Below are positions 47,086 to 56,099 of a stretch of 64,000 nucleotides of DNA, one piece after another. The first letter of the stretch is position 1, and every line of letters starts with the position of its first letter. The position numbers were made by a program, and so were the translations under genes. Under the pieces are notes generated by a model. It was not told the origin of the DNA, made no database searches, and was given only the letters and a program-made list of their open reading frames with translations. The stretch covers positions 59,593-123,592 of the IMG/VR virus record IMGVR_UViG_3300031841_004520; one strand, given 5' to 3'. This DNA is from a virus.

Positions 47086-47761
47086 GACCTACTCCTGCGT
47101 AATACTTTTTAAGTTCTGGGTAAATTGTTTTTATAATTGTTTTAGCTACAGTGTTGTCTGAAGGATAATGTACTCCTTGCAATTCTCTAGCCTTACCACA
47201 AAGATCAACTAAGTTAGTAAATTCTTTTGTGTATTGTGGATACTTATCAGATAAGATTTCTGATATTAAAGCAGCATACATTGTGTGTCCGCTGGGATAT
47301 GATGGCGTCTTGTGTGTTTTAGTAATAATTCTATTGATTGACATATCATAGTATTCTGCAAGCTGATAGGGTCTGGGTCTATTATAGTAAAACTTTAAAT
47401 GATCTATAATAGCTATGACGGATGTATAATATACTGTTGTAAAAAATCTTACAGGAAAGTCTAAATTATATTTGGTTATTACTTTCTTGAATGAATGTAT
47501 AGGATCATCATCTATACTATAGATTAGATCTAAATCAGCCTTACTTCTGTTATTTGTAATATTTTGTAAGTATTGAAGCTCTTTTTTAGTCTCTTCGCTA
47601 GAGTTTTTGTTTGGCTCTGACACTATCTTGAACAAGTCTATCTTACCTACTTCTGGGAAATCCATAGAGGCATAGCGAGAGTTTTTATATTCAAAATTAT
47701 CAATATATCTAATTTTGTCTATATTTATATGCTCATTTATTTTTTTAATAAGATTAATCAT
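47075..47761 (-). CDS. PAP2-family phosphatase
   Basis: K..YNRPRP, PSYPSGH, R...GVHYPSD. Confidence 0.9.
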   Translation of the reverse strand: MINLIKKINEHINIDKIRYIDNFEYKNSRYASMDFPEVGKIDLFKIVSEPNKNSSEETKKELQYLQNITNNRSKADLDLIYSIDDDPIHSFKKVITKYNLDFPVRFFTTVYYTSVIAIIDHLKFYYNRPRPYQLAEYYDMSINRIITKTHKTPSYPSGHTMYAALISEILSDKYPQYTKEFTNLVDLCGKARELQGVHYPSDNTVAKTIIKTIYPELKKYYAGVGHEL

Positions 47762-47873
47762 ATTTAAGTATTAAAAGCAGGAGTTACTTTAATTGTAAGG
47801 TTTTCAATAGCTATAGGCGTAACCATAGCAGAGAATACATAAGGCCATTTTCAGCAACTGCTTTTGCATATCA

Positions 47874-49592
47874 TTATGAATACCACTCAGGAATGACATA
47901 TGTAGTATATCTATTAATTGCGACTGGCAATATATGATCTGTATTGAACTCTAATACTTTTATCTCCGTACCTATTGGATTATTGTGGTTTTGAGGAGGC
48001 CTACTATGACGGCCTAAAGCACCAGAATTTAGAATTTCGATTGTTCTAGAATATTTGAAGGAAGCTGTTTTAATTTCTGTATTAGAAAATGTTTTATCCT
48101 TGCTGGTGTAACCTATGAGTTCTGAGGTTCTATAGTGATCTTTTTGGTAAGTAGCAATTTTAATTCTTCTACTAGCATCAATCTTTGGGAGCACATAATA
48201 GAAAATAGTGCCTTCAAAATATACTTTTAGTCGTAATAATCCTTTTTGAAAGTCACCATTAGATTGTCTTAGTGACCTACGACTATAGCCAAATACATGT
48301 GTCATCACATGCTGCGTAAATGCCCGACGATAGTGCCTTCGTTGGGTAAATGACAAAGGTATATAGTTTACGTTAAGCTTGGAAATGGATGTACCCAAAC
48401 CAATAACGCTATACCCATTGGAAAGGTTCCCATCTCTTAATGGAGATCCAACTACATCGCCCCCACTTCCTTCCTCACGAGTGGGGAAAAGAAGTTTTCC
48501 AGCACCAGGTACATGATATTCATTTATACTACTTCCGCCAAGGTACATGTTGTCTACAATGCTAGTATAATTAACTTCACTATGAGCATTAAATCCACTA
48601 ATGCATCTGTTTGTTCTTAGATTTGCTCCATCATCTAATATTGAGCTCTCAGCCCTCGCTGACTCAATTAAATAGTCTCCTGGTGCAATCCAACCATGAT
48701 ACATATTGGGCGGTCTCTTGGATGCATGTATATCTATTCTTCTAATACTACTGTAAAAACCACCAGATAATGTTAAAGGGTCTGTAATAGGATCAGGCAT
48801 AGACACAACGGAACTATTTATTGCATAAACTACGCTTGGAGGCGCAGGCTGATCTGGATCTTGAGGTCTATTTGGTGATGTTGGTGGGTCAAAAGTTCCA
48901 GTAGGAGGGTCTTGTGGAGCCGGTGGTGCAGGCGGTTTGTTTGGAGGAAGTTCAGGATCTGGTTCTGGTGCTGGAGGCTTTGGCACTGGTGGAGGAGCTG
49001 GAATTTGTGGAACATCTGGTGCTTTAGGCCGTTCTGGTCTTGGTGGATCAACAGGATCTTGAGGGGGTCGGGCAGGAAAATTTGGACCAAAATCGGTTTT
49101 AGGATCATAAACATCTGTAGGAGGCCATCCACTTAAACCTACACCACATACACCACGCTTGTAATCCAACACGTCGTCTACACTAGGTCTGAACCATTTA
49201 TTTATTGATGGTCTACCAGCCGCTTCCCATGCTAGTCTTCTTGCTTTATCGACAGGATCTTCTGAAACACCTGAAGGATTACCACTGGTAGGGAATTTAG
49301 TTGGGTTTGTTTCAAGCCAGTAATTTGGTACACTACCTGATGGACTACCATAAGGGAAAGGAGGGTGGCCTGACGCTGCAACACATCCCGCATGTTCAAC
49401 CGCATCAAGTCTTTCTTCTTTATTAGGGAAAAGACGGTCTTCAGGAGTTTCTTTAGGTCTCAATCCTGGACCATATGATGCAGTATTATACTTTCTTGGA
49501 TGCACGGGCAAGTACGATAACAAACTTGTAAATACAATATTGTCGTCTACACCTTCTAATATTTTATTATATATTTCTTTGTTGCTACTCAT
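47874..49592 (-). CDS. Large protein with Pro-rich linker and shared N-terminal leader
   Basis: 572 aa; N-terminus similar to that of 33737..34009. Confidence 0.7.
   Translation of the reverse strand: MSSNKEIYNKILEGVDDNIVFTSLLSYLPVHPRKYNTASYGPGLRPKETPEDRLFPNKEERLDAVEHAGCVAASGHPPFPYGSPSGSVPNYWLETNPTKFPTSGNPSGVSEDPVDKARRLAWEAAGRPSINKWFRPSVDDVLDYKRGVCGVGLSGWPPTDVYDPKTDFGPNFPARPPQDPVDPPRPERPKAPDVPQIPAPPPVPKPPAPEPDPELPPNKPPAPPAPQDPPTGTFDPPTSPNRPQDPDQPAPPSVVYAINSSVVSMPDPITDPLTLSGGFYSSIRRIDIHASKRPPNMYHGWIAPGDYLIESARAESSILDDGANLRTNRCISGFNAHSEVNYTSIVDNMYLGGSSINEYHVPGAGKLLFPTREEGSGGDVVGSPLRDGNLSNGYSVIGLGTSISKLNVNYIPLSFTQRRHYRRAFTQHVMTHVFGYSRRSLRQSNGDFQKGLLRLKVYFEGTIFYYVLPKIDASRRIKIATYQKDHYRTSELIGYTSKDKTFSNTEIKTASFKYSRTIEILNSGALGRHSRPPQNHNNPIGTEIKVLEFNTDHILPVAINRYTTYVIPEWYS
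48838..49075 (-). repeat. Proline-rich low-complexity coding segment (PQDP x3)
   Basis: RPPQDPVDPP...PAPQDPP...RPQDPDQPAPP. Confidence 0.8.
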
Positions 49593-49598
49593 AAAATT

Positions 49599-49997
49599 CT
49601 AAAACTCTGTTACATATACGGGAGGAGTAAAATTACCGCTTCCATGAACTACATCATATATTTCTGCAAATGTTGTCTGGTATCCTACATTGCCCAGAAG
49701 AGGTAGATACAAACCCTCTTTCATTAATCTATTGACTACGAAGGTTGTATTGACAGAAGCTGGATGGTATGCATTTGGTCGTAATGTATTTAGAGGTGGT
49801 CTTACAGTGCCTGAAGCTTCTATTTCTGGTATCTCAACGCTATTATCTGCCCTTCTTACGTCTTCGGTCTCTACGACAACAGAACCAGCATTGACACCTT
49901 GCTCTTTGGTAAGCTGCTTCATGTGTAGGCCGTATTTAATTCTTTCACGGTTTAAACCTAAATAAAAACCGGTGCTAGATCTAGCTTTGTTTATCAT
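49599..49997 (-). CDS. Hypothetical protein
   Basis: 132 aa ORF in the putative virion block. Confidence 0.6.
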   Translation of the reverse strand: MINKARSSTGFYLGLNRERIKYGLHMKQLTKEQGVNAGSVVVETEDVRRADNSVEIPEIEASGTVRPPLNTLRPNAYHPASVNTTFVVNRLMKEGLYLPLLGNVGYQTTFAEIYDVVHGSGNFTPPVYVTEF

Positions 49998-50369
49998 TTA
50001 CCACGCTTTACAAGACCAATATCTTGCCTTCCATTTAGGACCCGGATTAGAACAATTATGTCTAGCACGAAAACTTTTACGTCTTGCTGGATCAGACTTT
50101 TTAATTTTCATGTTAGGGTCACCAAAGTTTACTTTAACAACATTACCTTTGTCGTTTTTTACATACACACTACGTTTTTTGGGCCCATCAGGAGTTAAGA
50201 AAGGTTTATTTAGCTGTACTTTTCTACCTTGGTATTCTGCACCAAGAGCTTTACCCTCCTCATCATATATCTCAGAGGCTTCGATTTCTGAAACATACTC
50301 ATTCCATTCTTCGTCCCAATGGCATTTAGCAGAAAGTAGATTTTCTTTAATCTTTTCTATTAATGACAT
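49998..50369 (-). CDS. DUF6321-like conserved phage protein
   Basis: AEYQGRKVQLNKP...VKVNFGDPNMKIKKSDPARRKSFRARHNC...KARYWSCKAW. Confidence 0.8.
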   Translation of the reverse strand: MSLIEKIKENLLSAKCHWDEEWNEYVSEIEASEIYDEEGKALGAEYQGRKVQLNKPFLTPDGPKKRSVYVKNDKGNVVKVNFGDPNMKIKKSDPARRKSFRARHNCSNPGPKWKARYWSCKAW

Positions 50370-50408
50370 TATACATATTCCTTTAGTGGTTAGGATAGAT
50401 ATAGTTAC

Positions 50409-51482
50409 TTACACCAAAAATAGCTCGTCATGTATAATTTTAGAGGTGTTAGCCCAAGTTAATGCTGCTGCTGTATCTAATCCAGCTTTATTTGAGCGTA
50501 TATTGTTCTTATAAACATATCTCATATGTTCGACAATTTGCTCCATTTGCTTAACCCCTAGCTTTGCCCACTTTCCAGAACCATCAAACCAGATACCATC
50601 TACAGCGGGCTCTAATTCATCTACATCCACCAAAAAACTGTTGTCTTTATTGCAGTATGCTGTGTGAGCAGAATAATTAGTAGCAATTACAGGCTTATCC
50701 ATAGCCATAGTTTCAGGTATCTCATTGTTCCACCCTTCTGCTCTAGAGATATAAAGCCCACAATCAGCTTGATAAATTACAGAAGCTACCTCAGAATGAG
50801 TTTTTAGTCTATCGAAACATTTAATTTTATCTCCTAGTTTACTTCCCGTGTATAGCTCTTGCCATTGTTGTATTTGTGCAGGCTGTAAGAATGGATTATG
50901 ATTAACCATCCACAACTCAACATCATCATCCTTTGTAAAGGCTTCGTTAAATAGATGTACAAGGATGTCGTGACCTTTCCTAACTTCCCATTTGCCTATA
51001 TTAATAAAGCGATATGTGGAGCCCTCACTTTTAGGAGGTTTTGTACTGATGTTGAATATGCTATGGTCTACACCCAATGGGCAGATTTTAATTTTAGATT
51101 CATCAATACCATGATTGGCAATAATTTTTTTAGACCATTCACAAGTCGTAAACACAACATCAGCATGTTTTAGTCCTGCTACTTCTACTTCTTTAAGTTT
51201 GTCTATTTCGAAAAACGGAAAGACACCATATTTACCATTCCCAATCCTACTAAACAGGTCGTGCATATGCCATATCTTTAAACACGGAGCACCTCTAGTA
51301 TCTCCAGATATAGTGTTGTTTATATCTTCCTGCAAAAGTTTTCCGTCATTAGGATTTTCTAGAGATATATCACCTACGGGATAAACAGAAATGTCTGTTT
51401 TTTTTCTAATGTTTTTCCAAATGTTGGTAGAAGTAATACCATATCCGGTTGTATTGTTTATAGGCGCTAAAAAATTAATCAT
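50409..51482 (-). CDS. GT4 glycosyltransferase
   Basis: TGYG, GKWEVRKGHD, SRAEGWNNEIPETMA, VIATNYSAH. Confidence 0.9.
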   Translation of the reverse strand: MINFLAPINNTTGYGITSTNIWKNIRKKTDISVYPVGDISLENPNDGKLLQEDINNTISGDTRGAPCLKIWHMHDLFSRIGNGKYGVFPFFEIDKLKEVEVAGLKHADVVFTTCEWSKKIIANHGIDESKIKICPLGVDHSIFNISTKPPKSEGSTYRFINIGKWEVRKGHDILVHLFNEAFTKDDDVELWMVNHNPFLQPAQIQQWQELYTGSKLGDKIKCFDRLKTHSEVASVIYQADCGLYISRAEGWNNEIPETMAMDKPVIATNYSAHTAYCNKDNSFLVDVDELEPAVDGIWFDGSGKWAKLGVKQMEQIVEHMRYVYKNNIRSNKAGLDTAAALTWANTSKIIHDELFLV

Positions 51483-52513
51483 GGATATATCCTATTGTGA
51501 GTATTGTTTACTTTAATAAATGTTGTATTCTTCCCCATGTCTTTTAAGTTTTTAGCACCAATGTATGTGCAACAACTTCTCAGACCTCCTAAAATATCTT
51601 GAATAGTATGTGACGTTTTACCCTTATATGGTATTGTAACACATTTGCCCTCACTAGTTCTATAATCGGCAACTCCACCACTGTGTTTATCCATAGCCTG
51701 TTTGCTACTCATGCCATAAAATTTTAAAGAATGTTTTTCTTTATTCTCATTATAAATCCAATCACCATCACAACAATCGGTTCCAGCAAACATACCTCCA
51801 AGCATAACAAAATCAGAGTTAGCGCAAAATGCTTTACAAACATCAGCAGGTGTAGTACATCCACCATCACTGCAAACATGACCACCTACGCTATGAGCAG
51901 CATCAGCACACTCTATAATAGCAGAAAGTTGAGGGTATCCTATTCCAGTTTTTAGTCTAGTGGTACAAACACTACCTGACCCTATACCTATCTTGACTAT
52001 ATCCACCCCACCATGAAAGATCAACTCTTCTGTCATTTCAGGAGTAACGACATTACCTGCCATAATAATAATATCAGGATACCACTCTCTAATTTTTTTA
52101 ATTGTTGATACAAACTTTTCGTTATATCCGTTAGCTACATCAATACATAGATTGGGTTTCTTCTGTAGATTATCATATACAGAACTTAGTTTTTCCATAT
52201 CAGGTTCTGATATACCCATAGAATAAAAAGCATACTGTCTGGGAAATTCAAAATGATCTAATAGCTTTTTGGATTTGTAGTGTTTGTGCAAACAAGTTAT
52301 GCAGTCGTAACCTGACAAAACCTTGTTCATACTAATAGAACCTGTCGTATCCATGTTCGCTGCCATAATAGGGATACAATTTAATTCTCTATTAGAATGA
52401 GGGAATTTAAATACTCTGTTTAATTCTACCTGTGATCTACTAGATATATTAGATCTTTTAGGTCTTATTAAAACATCACTAAAATCTAATTTTGTGTCTT
52501 CAGATATTTTCAC
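51479..52513 (-). CDS. guaC: GMP reductase
   Basis: KLDFSDVLIRPKRS, AANMD, DVANGY, GIGSGSVCTTR, DGGC, FYGMSS, SEGK. Confidence 0.95.
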   Translation of the reverse strand: MKISEDTKLDFSDVLIRPKRSNISSRSQVELNRVFKFPHSNRELNCIPIMAANMDTTGSISMNKVLSGYDCITCLHKHYKSKKLLDHFEFPRQYAFYSMGISEPDMEKLSSVYDNLQKKPNLCIDVANGYNEKFVSTIKKIREWYPDIIIMAGNVVTPEMTEELIFHGGVDIVKIGIGSGSVCTTRLKTGIGYPQLSAIIECADAAHSVGGHVCSDGGCTTPADVCKAFCANSDFVMLGGMFAGTDCCDGDWIYNENKEKHSLKFYGMSSKQAMDKHSGGVADYRTSEGKCVTIPYKGKTSHTIQDILGGLRSCCTYIGAKNLKDMGKNTTFIKVNNTHNRIYP

Positions 52514-53460
52514 AACTGAACCCCAACATACATAACCATAGAGGGGTTTGCAAATATATTGAATTCATTGTTGTTATTTACCAAAATATCACCATGAAAA
52601 GTTACATGCTCACAATTAGATCCGTTATACCTACCTGATAAATATTTGTCAGCTTTATATATACAGCAACCTCCAAAGGCACTATTGACTTTAATCGGTG
52701 GAGATCCAGGAAGGGGTAGCCACCATTGGAACCAATACATAAGTCCTCTTGACTGAACATCTGCCCAATGGTTAAGTCTAAACGCCCAAGAGTCGTATCC
52801 TGTCAGTAATATGTCTTTAGACTTATATCCTTCAGTAAAATCTACACGCTTAAACAAAAAAGAGAATCCTGCAATAGCATCTACTTTGCTATTAGAAGCC
52901 AACCATCCCATACTGTTTAATATGCCATCAACTGATAAATCCATAAAGTCTGTATCAATTACAATAACATAATCAACTTTATCTTGTAGAGATTTTACAT
53001 AGTCCTGACATTTATTTCTGGCATGAGCCATATTTTCTGTTCTAACTGTGGACGTAGATAAAGGTAAATACGGAGTCCCTCTTTCTTCAGACTCTATTGT
53101 TGCATTGTTTTTGCCTTCTGCCCATTGGTTTAAAACCTCTACAGTATTATCCTCTGAATCGTTTTCATATGTATAGAAATATACCTTTTTAAATAAGGGC
53201 TCTACATCATCTGAAAGCATTTTTAGATTTCTGCTTAAAGCATCTGCTGAATTTCTAGATATACTAACAATAGCGACAGCGCTATCGTTCGCTAGCTTTT
53301 TGCCAGATTCAATCATACTGAGATACTGAGTATGAAATTCAGTAAGAATATTGTCAGTGTGCATCTTTTCAAAAAAAGACTCGACACTTTTTTCTTTCGT
53401 CAACTTGTGAGCTTGATCTAAATCTCTGAGTTTCTCTTTATCGGTTATAAAATCAGACAT
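52510..53460 (-). CDS. GT-A glycosyltransferase (CAP59/GT69-like)
   Basis: YENDSEDNT, R..NMAHARN, IDTD, YDSWAFR, VNSAFGG, CEHVTFH. Confidence 0.75.
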   Translation of the reverse strand: MSDFITDKEKLRDLDQAHKLTKEKSVESFFEKMHTDNILTEFHTQYLSMIESGKKLANDSAVAIVSISRNSADALSRNLKMLSDDVEPLFKKVYFYTYENDSEDNTVEVLNQWAEGKNNATIESEERGTPYLPLSTSTVRTENMAHARNKCQDYVKSLQDKVDYVIVIDTDFMDLSVDGILNSMGWLASNSKVDAIAGFSFLFKRVDFTEGYKSKDILLTGYDSWAFRLNHWADVQSRGLMYWFQWWLPLPGSPPIKVNSAFGGCCIYKADKYLSGRYNGSNCEHVTFHGDILVNNNNEFNIFANPSMVMYVGVQL

Positions 53461-53989
53461 AATTAAAAAAGCACCATCTTTCCGTAAGTTCTAAAGACAT
53501 ATTGTTATTTATATCTGTCAGATATTCTTGCACCTCTGACCATTCACTAAAAATCATGTTATGGGGTATTGTGCCGAATAGCCAATCAGGAGTCTTCTTC
53601 TTACCCTGAACAATATGTATAATAATTGGCTTCTTTTGTCTATTAGCCCAAAAGATTTCTTCCAGAGTTCCGCATGGGTGAGTATCAATATCTAAATTTA
53701 CTATTAAAAAATCACTGACATCCACCATTCTTAGGTCTACACTTCTGATACCTCTCATTAACTCTGAAAGCTCATCATACTTTCCTGCTTTCTTTAACTC
53801 TCTTTTGTGTCTAACAACAGAATCGTCTTCTACACCTAAATTAGTGGGTTTTTTAAGAGGATTAAAAACTTCTACGCCTAAAGATTCCAAGAAAGGTGTG
53901 ATGAAATCTCTCCACTGACTACCTCTGTCCGGCACTCTATCTATAGCACCAGCCAAATAACATCTTTGCTTATAAAGTCTTTTCATCAC
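53453..53989 (-). CDS. Nucleoside 2-deoxyribosyltransferase / N-glycosidase family
   Basis: YLAGAID, WR, FNP, DLRMVDVSD, GTLEE. Confidence 0.85.
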   Translation of the reverse strand: MMKRLYKQRCYLAGAIDRVPDRGSQWRDFITPFLESLGVEVFNPLKKPTNLGVEDDSVVRHKRELKKAGKYDELSELMRGIRSVDLRMVDVSDFLIVNLDIDTHPCGTLEEIFWANRQKKPIIIHIVQGKKKTPDWLFGTIPHNMIFSEWSEVQEYLTDINNNMSLELTERWCFFNYV

Positions 53990-54138
53990 TAGTCCATATA
54001 CAGAAAAACTATATTGTCTTTAGATGGCTCTGCGGATGGCAGCTTACCTTCTCTTGTCATCTTAATATTATTCCTACCCTGCTGTATTCCACACCAAGAG
54101 CAATACAAAACAACCAATATAAAACTTATTTCAAACAT
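53989..54138 (-). CDS. Small membrane protein
   Basis: MFEISFILVVLYCSW; start moved to 54138. Confidence 0.5.
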   Translation of the reverse strand: MFEISFILVVLYCSWCGIQQGRNNIKMTREGKLPSAEPSKDNIVFLYMD

Positions 54139-54658
54139 TTGTTGGCTCATAAATAAAACATGAAAAATCTCTTGCCCAAATATCATTAATTAAATTACTG
54201 ATAGTCTTCCAATCGCCTCCCGCAAATCCCGTGCCGAATTTTGGTGAATGGATTTGTATTTTTTTATCTGTGTTGTTAGCTAAAATTTTTGCCTGTGCTC
54301 TAATCTGCAGCATACAGGTAGCTAATGCTCCGTAATCCAACATCCTATTATACTTATTCCTACTGTGTTTGCAATACATATTTGCGCAAATAATTTGATT
54401 TTTATTTTCATTTATACTCACTGGTATAAATTGGATATTCCCTAATCTATTTTTGGTAGAAATATCTATATTGTCTTTTACTATGGGAAATTTTTGATAT
54501 AAAATATTAGAAAATTTAGAATTGTTATTTGTAGTAACACCTATTGCATTTGGTATGATCACGGTAATATCATGGGTATTATTTATATTTTGTGCAATAA
54601 CATAGAACATATCTTTCTTAGAGATAAAGTACTTATTGTCATTATGCTTTAATTTCAT
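54131..54658 (-). CDS. Macrodomain-like protein (divergent)
   Basis: ICANMY...LDYGAL..C...IHSPKFGTGFAGGDWKTI. Confidence 0.7.
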   Translation of the reverse strand: MKLKHNDNKYFISKKDMFYVIAQNINNTHDITVIIPNAIGVTTNNNSKFSNILYQKFPIVKDNIDISTKNRLGNIQFIPVSINENKNQIICANMYCKHSRNKYNRMLDYGALATCMLQIRAQAKILANNTDKKIQIHSPKFGTGFAGGDWKTISNLINDIWARDFSCFIYEPTNV

Positions 54659-54659
54659 T

Positions 54660-54908
54660 TTACCATTTTCCTAGAGGGCATTTTTGATCGGCCCAAGCTA
54701 ACTTATTCATAAATTCTTTCTTCTTAGATATGTTGCATCCACACTCAGAACATTCCATAAGGGGTAAGTTTTTAGTGTCAAAAGAATCACAGTCATAACA
54801 TATCTGAAATCTAGTATTGATAGTAAACTGAGTCGCTTTAGGCATCCCCTTGGAGGTATGCTTAAATAAAGATACAGCAAAGTTTTTTATCTTCCTGAAA
54901 ATTGTCAC
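54660..54908 (-). CDS. Small Cys-rich protein
   Basis: R..IC..C...CSECGC...K.....CPLGKW. Confidence 0.7.
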   Translation of the reverse strand: MTIFRKIKNFAVSLFKHTSKGMPKATQFTINTRFQICYDCDSFDTKNLPLMECSECGCNISKKKEFMNKLAWADQKCPLGKW

Positions 54909-55093
54909 TTATAATATTCCCGCCACTCTTTCCACAATTCGTCTTGACACATATCTATTTTTCTGTGTTTAAAATCGTGCTTTTGATGCCTAATGTTTTT
55001 AGACTCAATAGTGTCTATATTCCTCTTCTTAATCTTTACAGTAGTTTGTTTTCTTACACTCTTACTTTCTTCGATTTCTTTCATTTCTTTCAT
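54905..55093 (-). CDS. Small hypothetical protein
   Basis: 62 aa, first gene after a sigma70 promoter. Confidence 0.55.
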   Translation of the reverse strand: MKEMKEIEESKSVRKQTTVKIKKRNIDTIESKNIRHQKHDFKHRKIDMCQDELWKEWREYYK

Positions 55094-55100
55094 TTCTTTC
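55074..55100. repeat. 9-bp tandem repeat x3 across a start codon
   Basis: atttctttc at 55074, 55083, 55092. Confidence 0.85.
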
Positions 55101-55111
55101 CTCAGTACCTT

Positions 55112-55140
55112 ATTCTATACTAGCCAACACCAAAAGTCAA
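55112..55140 (-). promoter_or_regulatory. Sigma70-type promoter
   Basis: TTGACT (55140-55135), 17 nt, TAGAAT (55117-55112). Confidence 0.75.
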
Positions 55141-55184
55141 GTCTATTTTAAAATTTATTTACTTGACAACGCAATGCTTGAGTA

Positions 55185-56099
55185 TTATATATTATGCAGG
55201 TGGTGAGGTTTAATAGGGTGTAAAATCCCATATCCCTCATATCTCTTTTGTCCTGAATACATTGGGTTGGTTAAACTTTGGCAAGTTTGCTGGAAAGCAC
55301 TGACTAATTCAAATCTACTTAACCTTCTGCCTGCACAAGACATAGCCAAGGCTGCACAGCCAACTGCAAATGGATTACTCATGCTTGTACCACTTAATTT
55401 AGCATACCTGTTATTGGGAACACAACTAAGTATATCTTTTCCGGGTGCTAAAAAATCTAAAGTATTACCACTACAACTAAAATTAGTCCTTTTAAAGTCT
55501 ATATCTATAGCCGCTATACTTATTGTAGAAGAGTATTTAGCAGGATACATAATATCTGTTGCTGGGCCACTATTGCCTGCTGCACAGAATATAGCACAAC
55601 CTTTAGAAGAAGCATAATTTACTGCTCTTTCTAAGTGTAAAGAATTCACGGGACTACCTAAGCTCATTGTAATTATATCAGCCCCATTATCAGCAGCCCA
55701 TATCAATCCTTTGCAAATACCTTTGAGGCTACCAGAACCATCATCACCCAATCCTTTGATGGGCATGATTTTAGCTTTTGGTGATACTCCCACCATACCT
55801 AAACTATTATCGCTTGCTGCTATTGTACCGGCTACATGAGTACCATGACAGTTACGGTCTATAGGAGCCTGTCCTTCTTCTATAAAGTTATAACCATCTA
55901 TTAAATTTCTTTTTAAATCATCGTGGTTAAGATCGCATCCAGTATCAATGACAGCAATCTTGACACCTTCTCCCATACTGTATTTCCAATATTTTTGTAT
56001 TTCAAATTTCTGAATTTCCCAACCATAAAATTGACCCGTCTTTGAGTCTAAACCGAAAACATCTTCTCTAATATACGGGAATAATTTAACTTTGCGCAT
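55185..56099 (-). CDS. Subtilisin-like serine peptidase (S8)
   Basis: VIDTG (D), HGTHVAG (H), AAGN, GTSMS (S). Confidence 0.95.
   Translation of the reverse strand: MRKVKLFPYIREDVFGLDSKTGQFYGWEIQKFEIQKYWKYSMGEGVKIAVIDTGCDLNHDDLKRNLIDGYNFIEEGQAPIDRNCHGTHVAGTIAASDNSLGMVGVSPKAKIMPIKGLGDDGSGSLKGICKGLIWAADNGADIITMSLGSPVNSLHLERAVNYASSKGCAIFCAAGNSGPATDIMYPAKYSSTISIAAIDIDFKRTNFSCSGNTLDFLAPGKDILSCVPNNRYAKLSGTSMSNPFAVGCAALAMSCAGRRLSRFELVSAFQQTCQSLTNPMYSGQKRYEGYGILHPIKPHHLHNI

Noticed and set aside
47762-47873. Possible frameshifted C-terminal extension or small ORF (MVTPIAIENLTIKVTPAFNT) after the Pro-rich gene
   Set aside because: The main ORF ends with tandem TAA TGA, and there is no slippery site or Shine-Dalgarno; cannot be supported without homologs
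39405-49997. Ser-Gly dipeptides in putative virion proteins as proteoglycan-like glycosylation sequons
   Set aside because: A rough hand count over seven ORFs gave about 25 SG versus about 19 GS, so enrichment is not convincing without a genome-wide test
55163-55193. Plus-strand TTGACA as an antisense promoter into the subtilisin gene
   Set aside because: No good -10 hexamer at 16-18 nt spacing (TATATA at 17)
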